From assembly GCA_043742955.1 (NCBI GenBank), contig JAYTXL010000302.1, positions 1-51,231 on the forward strand: a stretch of 51,231 nt of DNA. The letters are read 5' to 3'. The notes below the pieces were generated by a model that was not told the origin of the DNA, searched no databases, and saw only the letters and a program-made list of their open reading frames with translations. The stretch comes from Verrucomicrobiota bacterium (GTDB lineage: Bacteria > Verrucomicrobiota > Verrucomicrobiia > Limisphaerales > JAYTXL01). Every line of letters begins with the position of its first letter. Within the stretch, counting starts at the first letter, position 1. The translations under genes and the position numbers were made by a program. Positions 49,605 to 51,231 of the stretch are shown here, one piece after another.

Positions 49605-51019
49605 AGCAGGAAACTAAATTACGCGGCATCCCGTCCGTGGAGAAAATTCTCCAGGCCCTCGGCGAAGCGCGCTTGCCGCGCCCGGTGGTCACGGCCTTGG
49701 TGCGTCGCGAATTGGCCGCTTTGCGGGCCGCTAAATCCATTCCTGATTTCGATGTCGTCCTGGTTGACATCCGCCGCGTGCTGGATCGGTTGCACCTCTC
49801 CCGCATTCAGCCGGTGATCAACGGCACGGGCATTCTTATCCACACAAATCTGGGCCGTTCCCCGCTGGGTCCGGCGGTGCTGGCGACGCTGGCCAGCGTG
49901 GGCGCGAACTACAACAACCTCGAATACGACCTGGCCACGGGCGAGCGTGGCGGGCGCGCGACCTACCTTGAACACGCCCTCGCCTTGCTCTGCGGGGCTG
50001 AGGCTGCCACGGTGGCGAATAATTGCGCCGCGGCACTGGTGCTCATCCTGCGCCACTGCACGGCTGGCGAGCGCAAAGAGGTCGTCATTTCGCGCGGCGA
50101 ACTCGTGCAAATCGGCGGCGGCTTTCGCGTTCCGGAAATCCTCGAGGCCAGCGGTGCCCGGCTCCGTGAAATCGGTGCGACGAACAAGACGACGCTCGAA
50201 GATTACGCGCACGCCATCGGCCCGGCCACGGCGCTGATCCTGAAGGTGCATCGGAGTAATTTTTTCATGGGTGGTTTTGTCGAATCGCCCAGCACCGAGG
50301 AACTGTCCGCGCTGGCCCGCGCGAAACGCATCCCCTTCGTCGAGGACCTTGGCAGCGGTGCCATGGTGGCGACGGAGAAATGCGCGGCCATCGAGCACGA
50401 ACCGACCCCCGCCGAGGTCCTCAAGCGCGGTGTGGATTTGGTCTGTTTCAGCGGTGATAAACTGCTGGGCGGCCCGCAGGCAGGCCTGATCGCGGGCAAA
50501 GCGAAACTGGTCAAGGCGTTGAAAAATGAGCCGTTTTTCCGCGCGTTGCGCTGCGATAAACTCATTCTGGCCGCGCTACAAACGACCGTGGACGGTTATC
50601 TCGGAGCGCCGATCCCCGATTCGGCGCGGAACCAGCGTAGCACCGAAAACGCCGGTCCGGAGGTCGGCGTTCCAATCCTCCAAATGCTCGCCATCCCGAA
50701 TGATGCTCTTCGCGCGCGCGCCGAGAAAATCATCAAAGCGCTGGCAGACCTGCCGGTGCTGGCGAAAGTGGGTTCTGGCCAGGCGCAACCCGGAGGCGGC
50801 ACCATGCCCAAGTCCGTCATCCCGTCGGTCACTCTGGATTTGCTCCCGTCCAAGATGACGCTGGCCGATTTGGCCGCCCGGTTGCGCACTGGTACCGTGC
50901 CCGTCATCGGCTATGTTTCTGGTGCCCACTTCAAGCTCGACTTGCGCACGATTTTTCCCCGGCAGGATGAGGAGGTTCTCCGCGCCATCACGTTCGTTCT
51001 GCAAACCGAAAAATCCTAG
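49601..51019 (+). CDS. selA: L-seryl-tRNA(Sec) selenium transferase
   Basis: PVINGTGILIHTNLGRSP, NNCAAA, SRGELVQIGGGFR, DLGSG, FSGDKLLGGPQAG; ATGA overlap with selD. Confidence 0.96.
   Translation: MKQETKLRGIPSVEKILQALGEARLPRPVVTALVRRELAALRAAKSIPDFDVVLVDIRRVLDRLHLSRIQPVINGTGILIHTNLGRSPLGPAVLATLASVGANYNNLEYDLATGERGGRATYLEHALALLCGAEAATVANNCAAALVLILRHCTAGERKEVVISRGELVQIGGGFRVPEILEASGARLREIGATNKTTLEDYAHAIGPATALILKVHRSNFFMGGFVESPSTEELSALARAKRIPFVEDLGSGAMVATEKCAAIEHEPTPAEVLKRGVDLVCFSGDKLLGGPQAGLIAGKAKLVKALKNEPFFRALRCDKLILAALQTTVDGYLGAPIPDSARNQRSTENAGPEVGVPILQMLAIPNDALRARAEKIIKALADLPVLAKVGSGQAQPGGGTMPKSVIPSVTLDLLPSKMTLADLAARLRTGTVPVIGYVSGAHFKLDLRTIFPRQDEEVLRAITFVLQTEKS
50603..50673. repeat. REP-like inverted repeat inside the selA CDS
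   Basis: GGAGCGCCGATCCCCGATTCGGCG / CGCCGGTCCGGAGGTCGGCGTTCC imperfect 24-nt arms. Confidence 0.65.
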
Positions 51020-51231
51020 GGCCGCCAGCACAGCCCATTTTAAGTCGGCTCCGTGGGCACGAAGGCGCTTTCCTTATACCCATCCAAGTTGGACATCTAG
51101 AATCCCTGAAGCAGGCAGGGAGGGCGCACTGCGCCACTGCCATTGAATTAAGAAAAGTCCATAGGTTCAGAATACGATGGTGCGAACACGTTTGTAGTAA
51201 TTGGCGGAGCGAGCCGGGGAAAACTTTAGTC

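Noticed and set aside
51020-51231. Start of selB after selA
   Set aside because: No SelB N-terminal GTPase motif (GTAGHxDHGK) visible before the window ends

Overview
GC-rich bacterial chromosomal segment, most likely Verrucomicrobiota or a related PVC lineage. This is an inference from the two DUF1501 genes, an ECF sigma factor with a long C-terminal extension, and the short ParC/ParE type. Housekeeping genes: ppsA, an acyl-CoA synthetase/GNAT fusion, parC/parE, glgP, rlmN, hisH and lysS. Accessory loci: an ECF/anti-sigma/DUF2892/TolC-MFP-RND operon, a class III nucleotide cyclase, an SPFH-RHH pair, a RelE-type toxin-antitoxin module, several secreted hydrolases, and a selenocysteine locus (selC, a UGA-recoded selD with SECIS, selA). 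Most notable: an unannotated two-gene operon at 36181-38984. Its first product carries both PmoC/AmoC-like metal-site motifs with matching spacing. Its second product has a PmoB-like layout (signal peptide, mature N-terminal His, two central TM helices, His-rich C-terminal domains). Together they suggest a divergent copper membrane monooxygenase-like system. Also notable: REP-like palindromes translated in frame inside lysS and selA, a decayed duplicate of the lysS 3' end flanking the TA module, a tRNA-Sec with a 12-bp acceptor branch, a perfect 34-bp palindrome, and a pntA remnant. All family assignments come from motif recognition by eye; no database search was run.
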